Source: an uncultured bacterium (GTDB lineage: Bacteria; Acidobacteriota; HRBIN11; JAKEFK01). Taken from it: DNA of 64,000 nt. The notes under the pieces are model-generated. The model saw only the letters and a list, made by a program, of their open reading frames with translations. It ran no database searches and was not told where the DNA came from. The DNA lies in contig CAVZQN010000010.1 of assembly GCA_963777505.1 (NCBI GenBank), forward strand, positions 38,003-102,002, in the 5' to 3' direction. Both the position numbers and the translations under genes were made by a program. Positions 1 through 10,141 of the stretch are shown piece after piece (position 1 is the first letter of the stretch; each line of letters starts with the position of its first letter).

Positions 1-1055
1 TTAAAACCAGGACAGTTCTCGCGCGTTCCTATTCCGAAATTGCCAAAGAAAGGTTAGAAAAAAAAGATCTTACAGGAGCGCTTGAGAATCTGAAAAAAGC
101 GTACTCGCTTGTAAAAGATCGTGAAACAACATCCCAATTAGCTACAGTTTACTTTTTTCTGAAAGATGATTGGAATGCTGAGCATCTTTTCCGTGAATGC
201 TTGAAGATTGATCCTAAATATACAGAAGCCTTGAATTATCTGGGAGAAATTGCATGGCGGAAAGAAAACCTGGATGAAGCGCTCGAATTTTGGCAACAGT
301 CATTGCAAATAAAATCAGACCCCATTATCAAAGACAGACTTGAACGGTTAAGACGGGAACAAAAGGCAGCTTCAACATACGAAAATGATGAAAGCCGCCA
401 TTTCATCATGCGATATGACGGAGGCAAAGCGGATCCATTTCTTGTTAAAGAAATCTCTGACTTTTTAGAAGACACATATCAGAAGCTCAGCCTTCAACTA
501 GAAGCGTTTCCTACAGCGCCATTTGTTGTGGTTTTGTATCCACAAGAAAGATTTCAGTCCATTACGGATGCTCCGGAATGGTCCGCAGGAATCAATGATG
601 GAAAAATCAAACTTCCCATAAGGGGAATCAAATCATTAAACGATGAAATTCGTAATGTATTGATCCATGAGCTGACGCATTCTTTTGTAAACTTCAAAAC
701 AGGCGGCAACTGTCCCGTTTGGCTCCATGAAGGTCTTGCTCAGCGTATGGAAGGAAAGCAAATCAGTAGCGAGGTAGATGAAATTTTATCAACCCTTGCA
801 GCGGAAAAGAAACTTCCACAAATTGTACGATTAAGCGGAAGCTTTATCGGAGCATCAACAGATGTTGCGCAATTTATGTATGTACAGTCTCTCTCTTTTA
901 CAGATTTCCTTATCGATCGTTATCGCTTTACCCAGATGAATAGCCTTTTAGATGAATTAAGTCATGGCAAAGCTTTTGAAGAGGCTTTCCTCGCCGCTTA
1001 TTTGATCCCATTGGACAGAGCTGAAAGTGACTGGCGCCAATCCTTGATAGAGTGA
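1..1055 (+). CDS. TPR-repeat protein with C-terminal peptidase MA-like (gluzincin-type) domain; 5' end lies outside the window
   Basis: TPR-like helices (EALNYLGEIAW); HExxH in LIHELTHS followed by WLHEGLAQ; frame appears open upstream of 201. Confidence 0.8.
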   Translation, partial: KTRTVLARSYSEIAKERLEKKDLTGALENLKKAYSLVKDRETTSQLATVYFFLKDDWNAEHLFRECLKIDPKYTEALNYLGEIAWRKENLDEALEFWQQSLQIKSDPIIKDRLERLRREQKAASTYENDESRHFIMRYDGGKADPFLVKEISDFLEDTYQKLSLQLEAFPTAPFVVVLYPQERFQSITDAPEWSAGINDGKIKLPIRGIKSLNDEIRNVLIHELTHSFVNFKTGGNCPVWLHEGLAQRMEGKQISSEVDEILSTLAAEKKLPQIVRLSGSFIGASTDVAQFMYVQSLSFTDFLIDRYRFTQMNSLLDELSHGKAFEEAFLAAYLIPLDRAESDWRQSLIE

Positions 1056-1072
1056 TTTCAGATTCTAGATTT

Positions 1073-1171
1073 CAGATTTCAGATTGAAATTGATGATTGA
1101 AATAATTGATGGAAACACATCTGCTGGGTTGGAGTTTTTTCTTTCTTATACCTTAATCTTCAATTACAATC
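1073..1171. repeat. ~100-bp repeat copy 1 (heptamer-armed hairpin with conserved core GGAAACACATCTGCTGGGTTGGAG)
   Basis: Near-identical to 1635-1724; AGATTTC-type heptamers at 1056-1085. Confidence 0.85.
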
Positions 1172-1184
1172 GAGACCTAGCCTG

Positions 1185-1590
1185 ATTAGTCGTTACAGAC
1201 AAAATCCTCTTCCGGATCTCGGTACACATTCTCACGACTAATCTCTTGCACTTCTCCGTCAGTTGTAACCATCAAATCAATAAAGAAATAGGGATGCGAT
1301 TCGCAACCTTCGCATTGATTGAAGGTTTGGAGTCAACTTTCTAAGTTCTTGTGGAGGCTCTTGGAGTTTGATACATGAAAATCTTTCTTCAAACCGACAG
1401 ATGAACAGTCCAAGATTTTGCCCTTCTCTCTTTTGCATCCAATCTTATTAAAGGCTGAGACTTCGGCCATATTCTTGATTGTTACGTAAAAGGGGATGCC
1501 CCGTTAGTGAAAAATCATGGCTTCCATCTGTATAAATAAGCATTGCACAAAACAGAACAAGAAACAGACGATTATTTTTCCCAAGCTCAT
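1185..1590 (-). pseudogene. Decayed gene for a small exported protein, possibly with a TonB C-terminal-like domain
   Basis: MSLGKIIVCFLFCFVQ (signal-like) then a stop; fragments in other frames read LQEPPQELRKLTPNL and HPYFFIDLMVTTDGEVQEI. Confidence 0.3.
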
Positions 1591-1619
1591 GACTGAGCCA
1601 CTACCTTATAGAGTGTTTT

Positions 1620-1757
1620 AAGATTCGAGATTTGAGATTTCATATTGAAATTGATAATTGAAATATTATTGGAAACACATCTGTTGGGTTGGAGTTTTTT
1701 CAATCTTATATCTTCAATTACAATCTGAAATCTGCGATCTGAAATCTTAAATCAGAT
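1620..1757. repeat. ~100-bp repeat copy 2 inside a heptamer inverted repeat (AGATTTG/C ... GAAATCT)
   Basis: Core at 1671-1700 matches 1111-1139; arms gagatttgagatttc ... gaaatctgcgatctgaaatc. Confidence 0.85.
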
Positions 1758-3287
1758 CTACTTCTTTTTGAAGATGCCGCCGAGAAGTCCTTTTTTTGAA
1801 ATAGGAGTTTCTGGATCAGGACCGCTTACATCGATTGAATTGATTTCACGTTTAGCAATTTCGTTGGATGGATCGAGCTGCAAACAGGATAAAAAATGTT
1901 TGCGGGCTCTCAGCTTTAAACCAGCATTTTTATAAAGGAAGCCCATATATAAATGATTTTCAGGATTTTTGGGTTCAATTTCAGCAGCTTTCATAAATGC
2001 ATCCTCAGCTTCTTTTCGCCACTGAGGATTTCTGGACAGAGAAATCCCTAATTGCCGCCAATACGCAGGTGTTTCGGGAGAAATTTGAGTCGCAGATTTC
2101 AGGAATTGAACAGCCTGATAATTATTTCCTTCATCGTATGCTTTTTGGGCCTTTTTCGCATAATCCTCAGCTGTCTTTAGCTGCGCATCACGCGTCAGAC
2201 CAGCGCCTGCGACGCCTTTGGATTCCGACATTAAAGCGCCCGTGGTTATTCTGCGTTCATTTGCAGGAGCAGAGTCATATTCACCTCGACGCTTTACATT
2301 TTTTAATGTCTCATAAGCAACATTAATTGAAGAAAAAATAACATCGACTTTTTCCTTGAGTACAGGATCCGAAAGTCCATAGAAACGATCTGGGTGAAAT
2401 TTACGCGCTAAACCATAATAGGCACTTTTGATTTCATCAATATCGGCTCGCGTAGTGATACCAAGAACTAAATAATAATCTTGACGATCAAGACTATAAT
2501 ACGCTTGCTCAATTAGAGTCTTTAATTCAGCAATACTTTCACCGCGCGCAGATTTTGCCTGAGCATCAGCTTGCGCTTTCGATACCTCTTTTGGAACCGG
2601 AATATCGATCTTTGGAAGTAGTTGATCAAGAACTTGAGAATCGACAACGCCAAAAGCCCACAATGTTGCAAGAGCCTTGCGAGTCGGTTGTTCATCACCT
2701 GGTACCATCGAAAGTATTTCAGCAAGTGTCTGAGCTTGATCAAGCCTTGAAAGCAAGTAACCTTCCTGAACTGAGATTTTGATACGACTCGTATGCTTCA
2801 TATATTCGGGAGCAAGCTTAAAAGGAATTTGCGCATTCGGAAGAAGCTCTTCAAATGAAATTTGATCTACAAATGGAGTCGCACACTCATAATACAGTTC
2901 ATTAAAAGCCAAAATGCTTGTTCCTTCTTTAAAGGATTCAATCTTCAATTTGCATTCAGTAATATCCGAATTGAAAAAATCAGAGAGTATTCTCTTTGTG
3001 CCCTCAGAGAAAATCTGTTTGATACCTTCCTGGGAAAGAACAGAAGAGATGGCTGCAATTTTTGAAGCGGTATCTTTCGCTTCTTGTATAGCTGCATACG
3101 CATCTGAAGCTCCCATTTTCAAAAGAAATGAAGTTGGAAATGCCCCAGTTTCAACGAAGTGCACTTCTTCGCCTTTGCAATAGAGATGCAATTGATCGAT
3201 TTGGGAAACAATTGTTAAACGGGCACTAAGATGGGGAAAAGTATTCAGAAGCCTTGCTGCAATTATGAATTGAGATCCCGCTTTCAT
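1758..3287 (-). CDS. DUF4388-like N-terminus + DnaJ domain + TPR protein
   Basis: DYYLVLGI...IKSAYYGLARKFHPDR (J domain with HPD); C-terminal TPRs. Confidence 0.85.
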   Translation of the reverse strand: MKAGSQFIIAARLLNTFPHLSARLTIVSQIDQLHLYCKGEEVHFVETGAFPTSFLLKMGASDAYAAIQEAKDTASKIAAISSVLSQEGIKQIFSEGTKRILSDFFNSDITECKLKIESFKEGTSILAFNELYYECATPFVDQISFEELLPNAQIPFKLAPEYMKHTSRIKISVQEGYLLSRLDQAQTLAEILSMVPGDEQPTRKALATLWAFGVVDSQVLDQLLPKIDIPVPKEVSKAQADAQAKSARGESIAELKTLIEQAYYSLDRQDYYLVLGITTRADIDEIKSAYYGLARKFHPDRFYGLSDPVLKEKVDVIFSSINVAYETLKNVKRRGEYDSAPANERRITTGALMSESKGVAGAGLTRDAQLKTAEDYAKKAQKAYDEGNNYQAVQFLKSATQISPETPAYWRQLGISLSRNPQWRKEAEDAFMKAAEIEPKNPENHLYMGFLYKNAGLKLRARKHFLSCLQLDPSNEIAKREINSIDVSGPDPETPISKKGLLGGIFKKK

Positions 3288-3330
3288 ATCTAATGTTTGA
3301 AGCGCTTATTAGTCCCTTTCAAAAATAACT

Positions 3331-3714
3331 GACCGAGGTTGGATTGTAAGCCGAATTTTGTATCCACCTGTAAAGGCGAATGATGATCATTCATCTGGGG
3401 AATTCGTTGCCGAATTCCTCAAGCGATCTACCCGGCAACCTACCGCATTTAAGCGGAAAAAACGGGCAATTTAAAGGCCGCCTTATTTGATCTTGCTCCA
3501 TGTGGGGTTTGCCATGCCTCCAATGTCACCATTGAAGCGGTGCGCTCTTACCGCACCTTTTCACCCTTATCCGATAAAACGGACGGTATATTTTCTGTGG
3601 CACTTTCCCTGGGATCACTCCCGGTTCTCGTTAAGAACCACACTGCCCTTCGGAGTTCGGACTTTCCTCTCCCGGTACTAAGTACCGAAAGCGATCATCC
3701 CTCCAGCCTCGGCC
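3331..3714 (-). ncRNA. rnpB: RNase P RNA, bacterial type A
   Basis: Minus strand carries GAGGAAAGTCCGAACTC, AGTGCCACAGAAA, GGGTGAAAAGGTGCGGTAAGAGCGCACC, GGCAAACCCC and ACAAAATTCGGCTTAC; the 5' and 3' ends pair (CCGAGGCTGGA/TCCAACCTCGG). Confidence 0.97.
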
Positions 3715-3799
3715 AATATTAATCCTATCATGATTCCATAATTAGAAGGATTTGGTCAGCTCTAAATATAAGGATTTGCACGACTTCTAGCAATCTATT

Positions 3800-3878
3800 C
3801 CGGATTTCGGATTGCGGATTTCGGCCATTAGAACTATGAACCTGCAATTCGAATTCCGAAATTTCAAATTCCAAATCT
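3800..3878. repeat. Heptamer-armed palindromic element
   Basis: cggatttcggattgcggatttcg ... cgaattccgaaatttcaaattccaaatc. Confidence 0.75.
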
Positions 3879-5268
3879 AGACGATTCCTTCTTTTTTGAT
3901 GGCGATTTTGTATTGTTCGAGTTTTTTATAGAGGTTGCTTCTGGGAGTTTTTATTTTCTTAGCAGTTTTGGCAATATTCCAATTGTTCTGTTTGAGTTTT
4001 TGGATCAGGAAAAGTTTTTCCGCAGTTTCCTTGAAATCCTTTAACGTTTCCAGCTGCGACAAAGAAAGATCAAGATCTTTGCCTTCTGTTTTCAATTCCA
4101 CGCCTGCAGGCGATACCTCTGCAAGGTCCTGGATCGCAATCTCATTCGCGGGGCTCATTAAAATAAGCCGCTCAACAGTATTTCGAAGTTCCCTTATGTT
4201 TCCTTTCCATCGAAACTCTTTAAAACGTTCAATAACTTCAGCATTAAATGTTTTCACGGGAATATTGTTTTCACGCGAATAGAGTTCCGCAAAATGACGT
4301 ACAAGCATGGGAATATCTTCTGTTCTATCGCGAAGTGATGGAACAAAGATCGGAACTACATTCAATCTAAAGAAGAGGTCAGCGCGAAAATGTCCATTTT
4401 CAATTTCTTCTTCTAACTTCTTATTTGTCGCAGCAATGACCCTTACATTTACAACGATCAACTTTGAAGATCCAACCTTTTCAAGTTCGCCTTGCTCCAG
4501 TACGCGAAGAACTTTGGCCTGTGTACGATGGCTCATATCTCCGATTTCATCAAGAAAGATCGTGCCGCCATCGGCTGCTTCAAATTTTCCTGTTTTCTTC
4601 TCCGTTGCTCCTGTAAACGATCCTTTTTCATGGCCAAATAATTCGCTTTCGATTAGTTCTTCCGGAATTGCTGCACAATTTACTTTTACAAAAGGCTTAT
4701 CGGCTCGCGCGCTATTCTTATAAATTGCACGTGCTACAAGCTCCTTGCCGGTACCACTTTCACCACGAATTAAGACTGTAGAATTCGTGGGTGCCGCTTT
4801 TGCAATGGCATCGCGAAGTTTTTTTATTCCTTCGCTATCGCCGATCATCTGATATTTTTCTTCAACCTGAAGCTTTAGATCGCGATATTCTTCGCTGAGG
4901 CGTTTCTTTTCGACAGCATTTCTTAAAACGACCAGCAACTTATCTCTTTCAAGCGGTTTTTCCAGGAAATCGAATGCACCCCGTTTGATGAAATCGACTG
5001 CTGTGCTCACACTTGCATGCCCTGAAATCATGATCACTGGAGATAACATGCCTTTCTTTTTCAGGACGTCGAAGACTTCGTTACCATCCATGCCGGGCAT
5101 TTTGATATCCAAGAAAATGACATCGGGATGTTCTTCTTCGATTACTTGCAATCCCTGCTGACCGGTTACAGCTGCCGTATAACGATATCCCTCGTACTCA
5201 AGAATCATTTTTAATGCTTCTTGAATATCTTGCTCATCATCAATAACAAGAACCTTAGGTTTTGCCAT
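3877..5268 (-). CDS. Sigma-54-dependent response regulator (REC-AAA+-Fis HTH; NtrC/NtrX family)
   Basis: VLVIDDE receiver, GESGTGKE Walker A, ESELFGHEKGSFTGA, FLDEIG, C-terminal HTH; start placed at MAKPK (5268). Confidence 0.93.
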   Translation of the reverse strand: MAKPKVLVIDDEQDIQEALKMILEYEGYRYTAAVTGQQGLQVIEEEHPDVIFLDIKMPGMDGNEVFDVLKKKGMLSPVIMISGHASVSTAVDFIKRGAFDFLEKPLERDKLLVVLRNAVEKKRLSEEYRDLKLQVEEKYQMIGDSEGIKKLRDAIAKAAPTNSTVLIRGESGTGKELVARAIYKNSARADKPFVKVNCAAIPEELIESELFGHEKGSFTGATEKKTGKFEAADGGTIFLDEIGDMSHRTQAKVLRVLEQGELEKVGSSKLIVVNVRVIAATNKKLEEEIENGHFRADLFFRLNVVPIFVPSLRDRTEDIPMLVRHFAELYSRENNIPVKTFNAEVIERFKEFRWKGNIRELRNTVERLILMSPANEIAIQDLAEVSPAGVELKTEGKDLDLSLSQLETLKDFKETAEKLFLIQKLKQNNWNIAKTAKKIKTPRSNLYKKLEQYKIAIKKEGIV

Positions 5269-5318
5269 GACGTCAATATAGTCAGGATTCGTGATAGGAG
5301 TCAACGGAGGAGGTTTTT

Positions 5319-6740
5319 TTATGGTACAGCGAGCGTTAGAACCTGGTGGGCTTCGTCACGATAAACATACAATAGAAAGACTTCACCAGAGGGTGCAGAT
5401 TTCACATCCAGTTCAAATTGCATCGCACTGCCGACCGGTTTCTTGTTAACTTCGACGATGACATCACCTCTTTGCAAGCCTGATTCGTCTGCTTGTAAGC
5501 CGGTTCGCACTTGAAGAACGACAACACCAATAACTGAATCGGGAATATCAAATTCTTCGCGAAGTTCAGATGATAAATCTGCCACCTTCAAACCAACTTT
5601 ATCTGGCAGCGATCTTGGCAATGGAAGTTCTGTGAATGTGCGTTCATTTCGTTCTGCAACATTTGTCTCAAGATCCAAAACCACTTTATCTCGTAAAACT
5701 TTTAGCCGCAATGGAGTTCCTGGAACTGTATCCGCAATGATCCTTCGAAAATTCTCAACAGATTCTATTTTGTTGCCGTTCAATTCAAGAATAATGTCAT
5801 ATCGCTTTAATCCTGCTTTTTCAGCTGGAGTTCCTTTTCGGACAGAAGACACGATCACGCCTTGAGACGATCCCAACCCTAATGAAGATTGAAGATCAGG
5901 AGTAATTTGCTGTGGATCAACTCCCAGGAAACCACGCGAGACTTTTCCCTTTTCCTTCAATTGGGGAAGAATTTCTTTCGCCATGTTAATAGGAATCGCA
6001 AAACCGATTCCGGTTCCTTGCGAACTAATCAATGTATTTATACCGATAACTTCCCCGCGGATATTCAAAAGTGGTCCGCCGGAATTTCCAAAATTAATCG
6101 CAGCATCTGTCTGGATGAAACTATCAAAAATGTTTGTGTTCAAATTACGGTTCAATGCGCTAATAACTCCAACCGTAACAGTGTGGTCATAGACAAATGG
6201 ATTTCCAATAGCCATGACCCACTGGCCTGGTTTCAGTTTGTTTGAATCGCCAAGCGGAGCAGCGATAAGAGCTTTCTCGCTTTCTACTTTTATAAGCGCA
6301 AGATCGGTGTCGCGATCGGAGCCAATCATTTTGGCTACAAATTTCCGCTCATCAGAAAGTTTTACTTCGATCTTATTAGCAGATTCCACAACATGATTAC
6401 TTGTCAAAATATAACCAGCTGAATCGATGATGACTCCCGAACCAAAACCAAAGGGCTGTGCATCCTGGTCTTCATTGCGAAGATTTTCCTGGGTGTTTCG
6501 GGCTTCTTGCGTTTCGGTACAAGTAATGTTCACTACCGATGGATTCAGCTTCTCTGCGATTTCCGCAAAAGCATCAGAAAATTCACGCAAATCCCGTTGT
6601 ACTGCCGGTGTGACGGAAACAGGCTGCTCGGAAGCAGTCGTAAATGAGCCTCCAACAATCACTCCAATTAGGAATGAAAGAACGGCTAAGAGTATGCCGG
6701 TAACGAGAATTGGGGATCTTTTCAGGTTCATGGATGTCAT
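5319..6740 (-). CDS. degP: DegP/HtrA (Do) family serine endoprotease with two PDZ domains
   Basis: LTSNHVV, DLALIK, QTDAAINFGNSGGPL catalytic motifs; N-terminal TM segment. Confidence 0.9.
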   Translation of the reverse strand: MTSMNLKRSPILVTGILLAVLSFLIGVIVGGSFTTASEQPVSVTPAVQRDLREFSDAFAEIAEKLNPSVVNITCTETQEARNTQENLRNEDQDAQPFGFGSGVIIDSAGYILTSNHVVESANKIEVKLSDERKFVAKMIGSDRDTDLALIKVESEKALIAAPLGDSNKLKPGQWVMAIGNPFVYDHTVTVGVISALNRNLNTNIFDSFIQTDAAINFGNSGGPLLNIRGEVIGINTLISSQGTGIGFAIPINMAKEILPQLKEKGKVSRGFLGVDPQQITPDLQSSLGLGSSQGVIVSSVRKGTPAEKAGLKRYDIILELNGNKIESVENFRRIIADTVPGTPLRLKVLRDKVVLDLETNVAERNERTFTELPLPRSLPDKVGLKVADLSSELREEFDIPDSVIGVVVLQVRTGLQADESGLQRGDVIVEVNKKPVGSAMQFELDVKSAPSGEVFLLYVYRDEAHQVLTLAVP

Positions 6741-6755
6741 TTAAACGATACCACG

Positions 6756-6868
6756 GATTTATGATTTCGGATTTCGGATTCGGGCTTTGAATTCCTTCTC
6801 TTCTTGTTCATTCCTGCTCGAACAAAACTTTTATAGCCTGCAATCCGCAATCCCAAATCCGAAATCGG
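6756..6868. repeat. Heptamer-armed palindromic element
   Basis: gatttcggatttcggatt ... aatccgcaatcccaaatccgaaatc. Confidence 0.8.
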
Positions 6869-6895
6869 GAGTGGTGGTACAATGCTACATTTGAA

Positions 6896-7225
6896 ATGAT
6901 TCAAATTGGAGTTATCCTCCTTCTACTAATAACGACTTTGATGTGGGGTTGCAAAGGGAAAGAATATACAACCGGGGAGGCGGCTTATAAGGGAGAATGC
7001 GCGAAGTGCCACATGTTAAATGGGAGTGGTGGTAATAAGGGCCCCGATCTAACTGGTGTTTTTACAAAGCACGACGAAGGGTATGTGCGTGCATACACAG
7101 TAGATCCAAGATCAATCAAGCCTGACAGCACGATGCCGCCAACAGAACTTGACGACAAAGAACTTGAGATGGTTATGAACTATTTACGGAAAAACGCTCA
7201 AAAACGCTCGTCGGCAAATCCTTAA
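6896..7225 (+). CDS. Small mono-heme cytochrome c lipoprotein
   Basis: Lipobox-like MWGC, CAKCH heme motif, GPDLT, distal Met in STMP. Confidence 0.88.
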   Translation: MIQIGVILLLLITTLMWGCKGKEYTTGEAAYKGECAKCHMLNGSGGNKGPDLTGVFTKHDEGYVRAYTVDPRSIKPDSTMPPTELDDKELEMVMNYLRKNAQKRSSANP

Positions 7226-7230
7226 CGTCT

Positions 7231-9204
7231 TTGCGGTTAAAACGGAATGACATCACAAACGTTTATATTAAGATGAGACTCATACGCCTCGTAAAACTCC
7301 TTCCGTATCTGCTGTTTTTTTTCCTTTGTACTTCCACAGCTTTCGCAAACATTCGTATCGACAAAAAAGTCGTAGGACTCGATGGTTACATCCGCACCGA
7401 ACGCTGGATCCCTGTTGTTTTCCATCTTTCGAACTACGGTTCTGACTTTCAGGGAACTCTTGAAGTATTACGAGGCGAAACCGTTTTCAAAAAATCACTT
7501 GACCTTGGGCCGAGATCTTCACGCAGAGTCGAACTTCTCGTTTATATGGCGAACTATTCGGAACTTTTGAGCTACCGGGTTCGAGATCTAAAAGGCGGTT
7601 TGATTACAGAAGGAAAATTGGAACAACTGACTTTGAACTATCAAGATAATCTTGTGCTTGTGATTTCCAACGGAGATTACAACCATCAATTTTTGAGCGG
7701 TGTTCCAAATCCATGGGGCGGCAAAACTTTTGTTGGCTATCTAAAGCCTTCCGAACTTTTTTCAAATACGATTGCCTACTCAAGTGCTGATGCAATTGCT
7801 ATTGGATCTCTTGCCACTACTCAGCTTGATCCAGCATCCTGGCAAAGCCTGCTGCTTTATGGTGCTGCCGGCGGAACTTTGATTACGTCACCTTTTACGG
7901 ATTTTTCGGTACTTCAGGATTCATCTTTGCGAAAATTTCTTCCCTCCATCTCGCCTGAACTCACCGAAACAACTCACGGAGAATTTTTACTCAGCCGGTG
8001 GACTTCAAAAAGTACGGATCCATTTCCACTGATATCGATTCCCGCACAAAGGATTGAACCCGATGGCTCTCAACTGATTCTTGCCGAACTCACGCCAGGC
8101 GCCGGACTGATCACATCATCTCCTTTTTATAAAGGGAATATTGTCCATTTCGGTTTTGATTATTCGCGGATTCCTGAAGAAGTTAGAATTCAGTTTGCGG
8201 GATTTTGGAATGAATCCATTTTTCCATCGAGTTCGACTCCTCCCACATTTGGCGTTCCGTATCGACCGCGGTTAGAAGATAATCCACGCGTACAAAGACA
8301 CCTCTATAACATTCCTGGCTTAAAACTTCCTGATGTGAAGTGGTTTGCTTTGTTCTTTTTCGCATACCTGATGATCATTGGACCATTTCAGTATCTCTTG
8401 CTGAACTTTTTCAAGAAAAATGCAATGCTCTGGATTACATTTCCAATCATCATTCTCATTTTTACAAGTGCTGCGGTTGGTTACAGTAAGTACCGACAAT
8501 CGCGTGAAGGGAAAATTACTCAAGTTGCAGTGGTGGAAGGATTTCCCGCGCTTGGCAATCAAATTACATATCAGGTTTATGGATCAGCTGTTTCTGAATC
8601 GGGTACGTTCGATTTTCAAGCGGTTCCTGAAAATAGTTACATAACTAAAGCGGTCCGGCAGACGATGAGTTATCAAATGGAACCCTATGTGCTTTCCGAA
8701 GATTATCCGCACACACTTTCAGGTGAGTCCTTAAGGACTTGGACATTCAGAACTTTCGACGCAATCAGTGCCCAACCGGAATCGCATGGCATTCAGGTTT
8801 CGGCTCAAATAGATGGCAACACTCTGTATGGAACGATTCGTAACAACGGATCTCATACTTTCAACGAAGCATTTTTTCTTTACAATCGTTTGAATTCTGC
8901 AACTCTCGGACCAATTGAGCGCGGTGAATCCAGGAAATTTCAAATTGAACTGAACGATCGATCAGCAATTCCAATGGCTGAGCCGCATCTACGAGCACTG
9001 CTTGATCTTGGCAGCGTTTCGCACTCGCGGCCTCATTTCTTTTTTGGTGAAATACAAAAGGCGAGTGGAACCCTCAAAATCAATGGGAAAGAAAGAAACA
9101 CCGATTGCACAAAATATGTAGCTGTCTATGTATCGGTTGCAGAAAAAGGGCCGCCTTCTACGTGGACACCAGCATTGCTTCCTGCACCCGCATATCAACG
9201 ATGA
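7231..9204 (+). CDS. Exported/membrane protein of the MoxR-ABC cluster (GATase-like region plus two TM helices); true start probably 7273
   Basis: Signal peptide; WIPV motif; YLMIIGPFQY...LWITFP TM pair typical of these clusters. Confidence 0.7.
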   Translation: MRLKRNDITNVYIKMRLIRLVKLLPYLLFFFLCTSTAFANIRIDKKVVGLDGYIRTERWIPVVFHLSNYGSDFQGTLEVLRGETVFKKSLDLGPRSSRRVELLVYMANYSELLSYRVRDLKGGLITEGKLEQLTLNYQDNLVLVISNGDYNHQFLSGVPNPWGGKTFVGYLKPSELFSNTIAYSSADAIAIGSLATTQLDPASWQSLLLYGAAGGTLITSPFTDFSVLQDSSLRKFLPSISPELTETTHGEFLLSRWTSKSTDPFPLISIPAQRIEPDGSQLILAELTPGAGLITSSPFYKGNIVHFGFDYSRIPEEVRIQFAGFWNESIFPSSSTPPTFGVPYRPRLEDNPRVQRHLYNIPGLKLPDVKWFALFFFAYLMIIGPFQYLLLNFFKKNAMLWITFPIIILIFTSAAVGYSKYRQSREGKITQVAVVEGFPALGNQITYQVYGSAVSESGTFDFQAVPENSYITKAVRQTMSYQMEPYVLSEDYPHTLSGESLRTWTFRTFDAISAQPESHGIQVSAQIDGNTLYGTIRNNGSHTFNEAFFLYNRLNSATLGPIERGESRKFQIELNDRSAIPMAEPHLRALLDLGSVSHSRPHFFFGEIQKASGTLKINGKERNTDCTKYVAVYVSVAEKGPPSTWTPALLPAPAYQR

Positions 9205-9217
9205 ACGAGACTAAACG

Positions 9218-10141
9218 ATGATACAGCTCGAAAACGTCACAAAAACTTATGGAACTTTAAAAGCAGTGGATTCTGTGACTCTAAGAATTCCGGAAGGTGA
9301 AATTTTTGGATTTATCGGGCCCAATGGCGCAGGAAAGACTACAACAATCAGAATGCTGGCCACATTGCTGGTTCCATCAAGCGGGAGTATCGAAATTGCC
9401 GGATTGAATCCGGAAGAAGAGCCGCGAGAAGTTCGAAAGTTAATTGGATACATGCCCGACTTCTTTGGAGTCTATCCTGATCTTGCCGTGTGGGAATATC
9501 TTGATTTCTTTGGCGCTTCCTATCACATTCCTCAATCAAAACGATCTTCAATGATCGATGATGTTCTTGAATTAACAGATCTGACTGCTAAGAAGTTCAG
9601 CTTGATCGAAACACTCTCACGCGGAATGAAACAACGGCTCTGTCTTGCGAAAACGCTTCTTCATGATCCAGCCATTTTACTTTTAGATGAACCAGCTTCA
9701 GGCCTGGATCCGCGCGCCAGGATTGAGATTCGAGAAATCATAAAAGAACTAAGAAAGATGAATAAGACGGTTCTCATCTCTTCTCATATCCTTGCTGAGC
9801 TATCAGATTTCTGCACTTCTATCGGCATTATTGAAAAAGGAAAATTGATCACATCGGGTACACTTTCGGAAATTGAAAAGCGATTGAGTTCTTCGCGTAT
9901 TTTTCGTTTGACTGCGCTCGAACCTCTGGAGAGAGTTGAAGCTTTCTTGAAGTCGGAAGGATACGAAGGAGAGATTGATTCCGAAGGATTTTTTGAATTT
10001 GCATGTAACGCTGGAGCAGAAGATGTTGCGCAGCTTTTAACAAAGCTTACGTCAAACAATTTCAGAATCACTTCTTTTTATCCTGTAAGAGAAAACCTTG
10101 AAGACCTTTTTATGAAAATCACAAAAGGAGAGGTCTCTTGA
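9218..10141 (+). CDS. ABC transporter ATP-binding protein (ABC-2 type)
   Basis: GPNGAGKT, LSRGMKQR, LLLDEP, SSH. Confidence 0.95.
   Translation: MIQLENVTKTYGTLKAVDSVTLRIPEGEIFGFIGPNGAGKTTTIRMLATLLVPSSGSIEIAGLNPEEEPREVRKLIGYMPDFFGVYPDLAVWEYLDFFGASYHIPQSKRSSMIDDVLELTDLTAKKFSLIETLSRGMKQRLCLAKTLLHDPAILLLDEPASGLDPRARIEIREIIKELRKMNKTVLISSHILAELSDFCTSIGIIEKGKLITSGTLSEIEKRLSSSRIFRLTALEPLERVEAFLKSEGYEGEIDSEGFFEFACNAGAEDVAQLLTKLTSNNFRITSFYPVRENLEDLFMKITKGEVS

Noticed and set aside
1073-1724. Possible CRISPR array from the repeated GGAAACACATCTG core
   Set aside because: Only two copies 560 bp apart, no regular spacers, no cas genes
3487-3722. Short plus-strand ORFs 3487..3681 and 3540..3722
   Set aside because: Antisense shadows of the RNase P RNA gene
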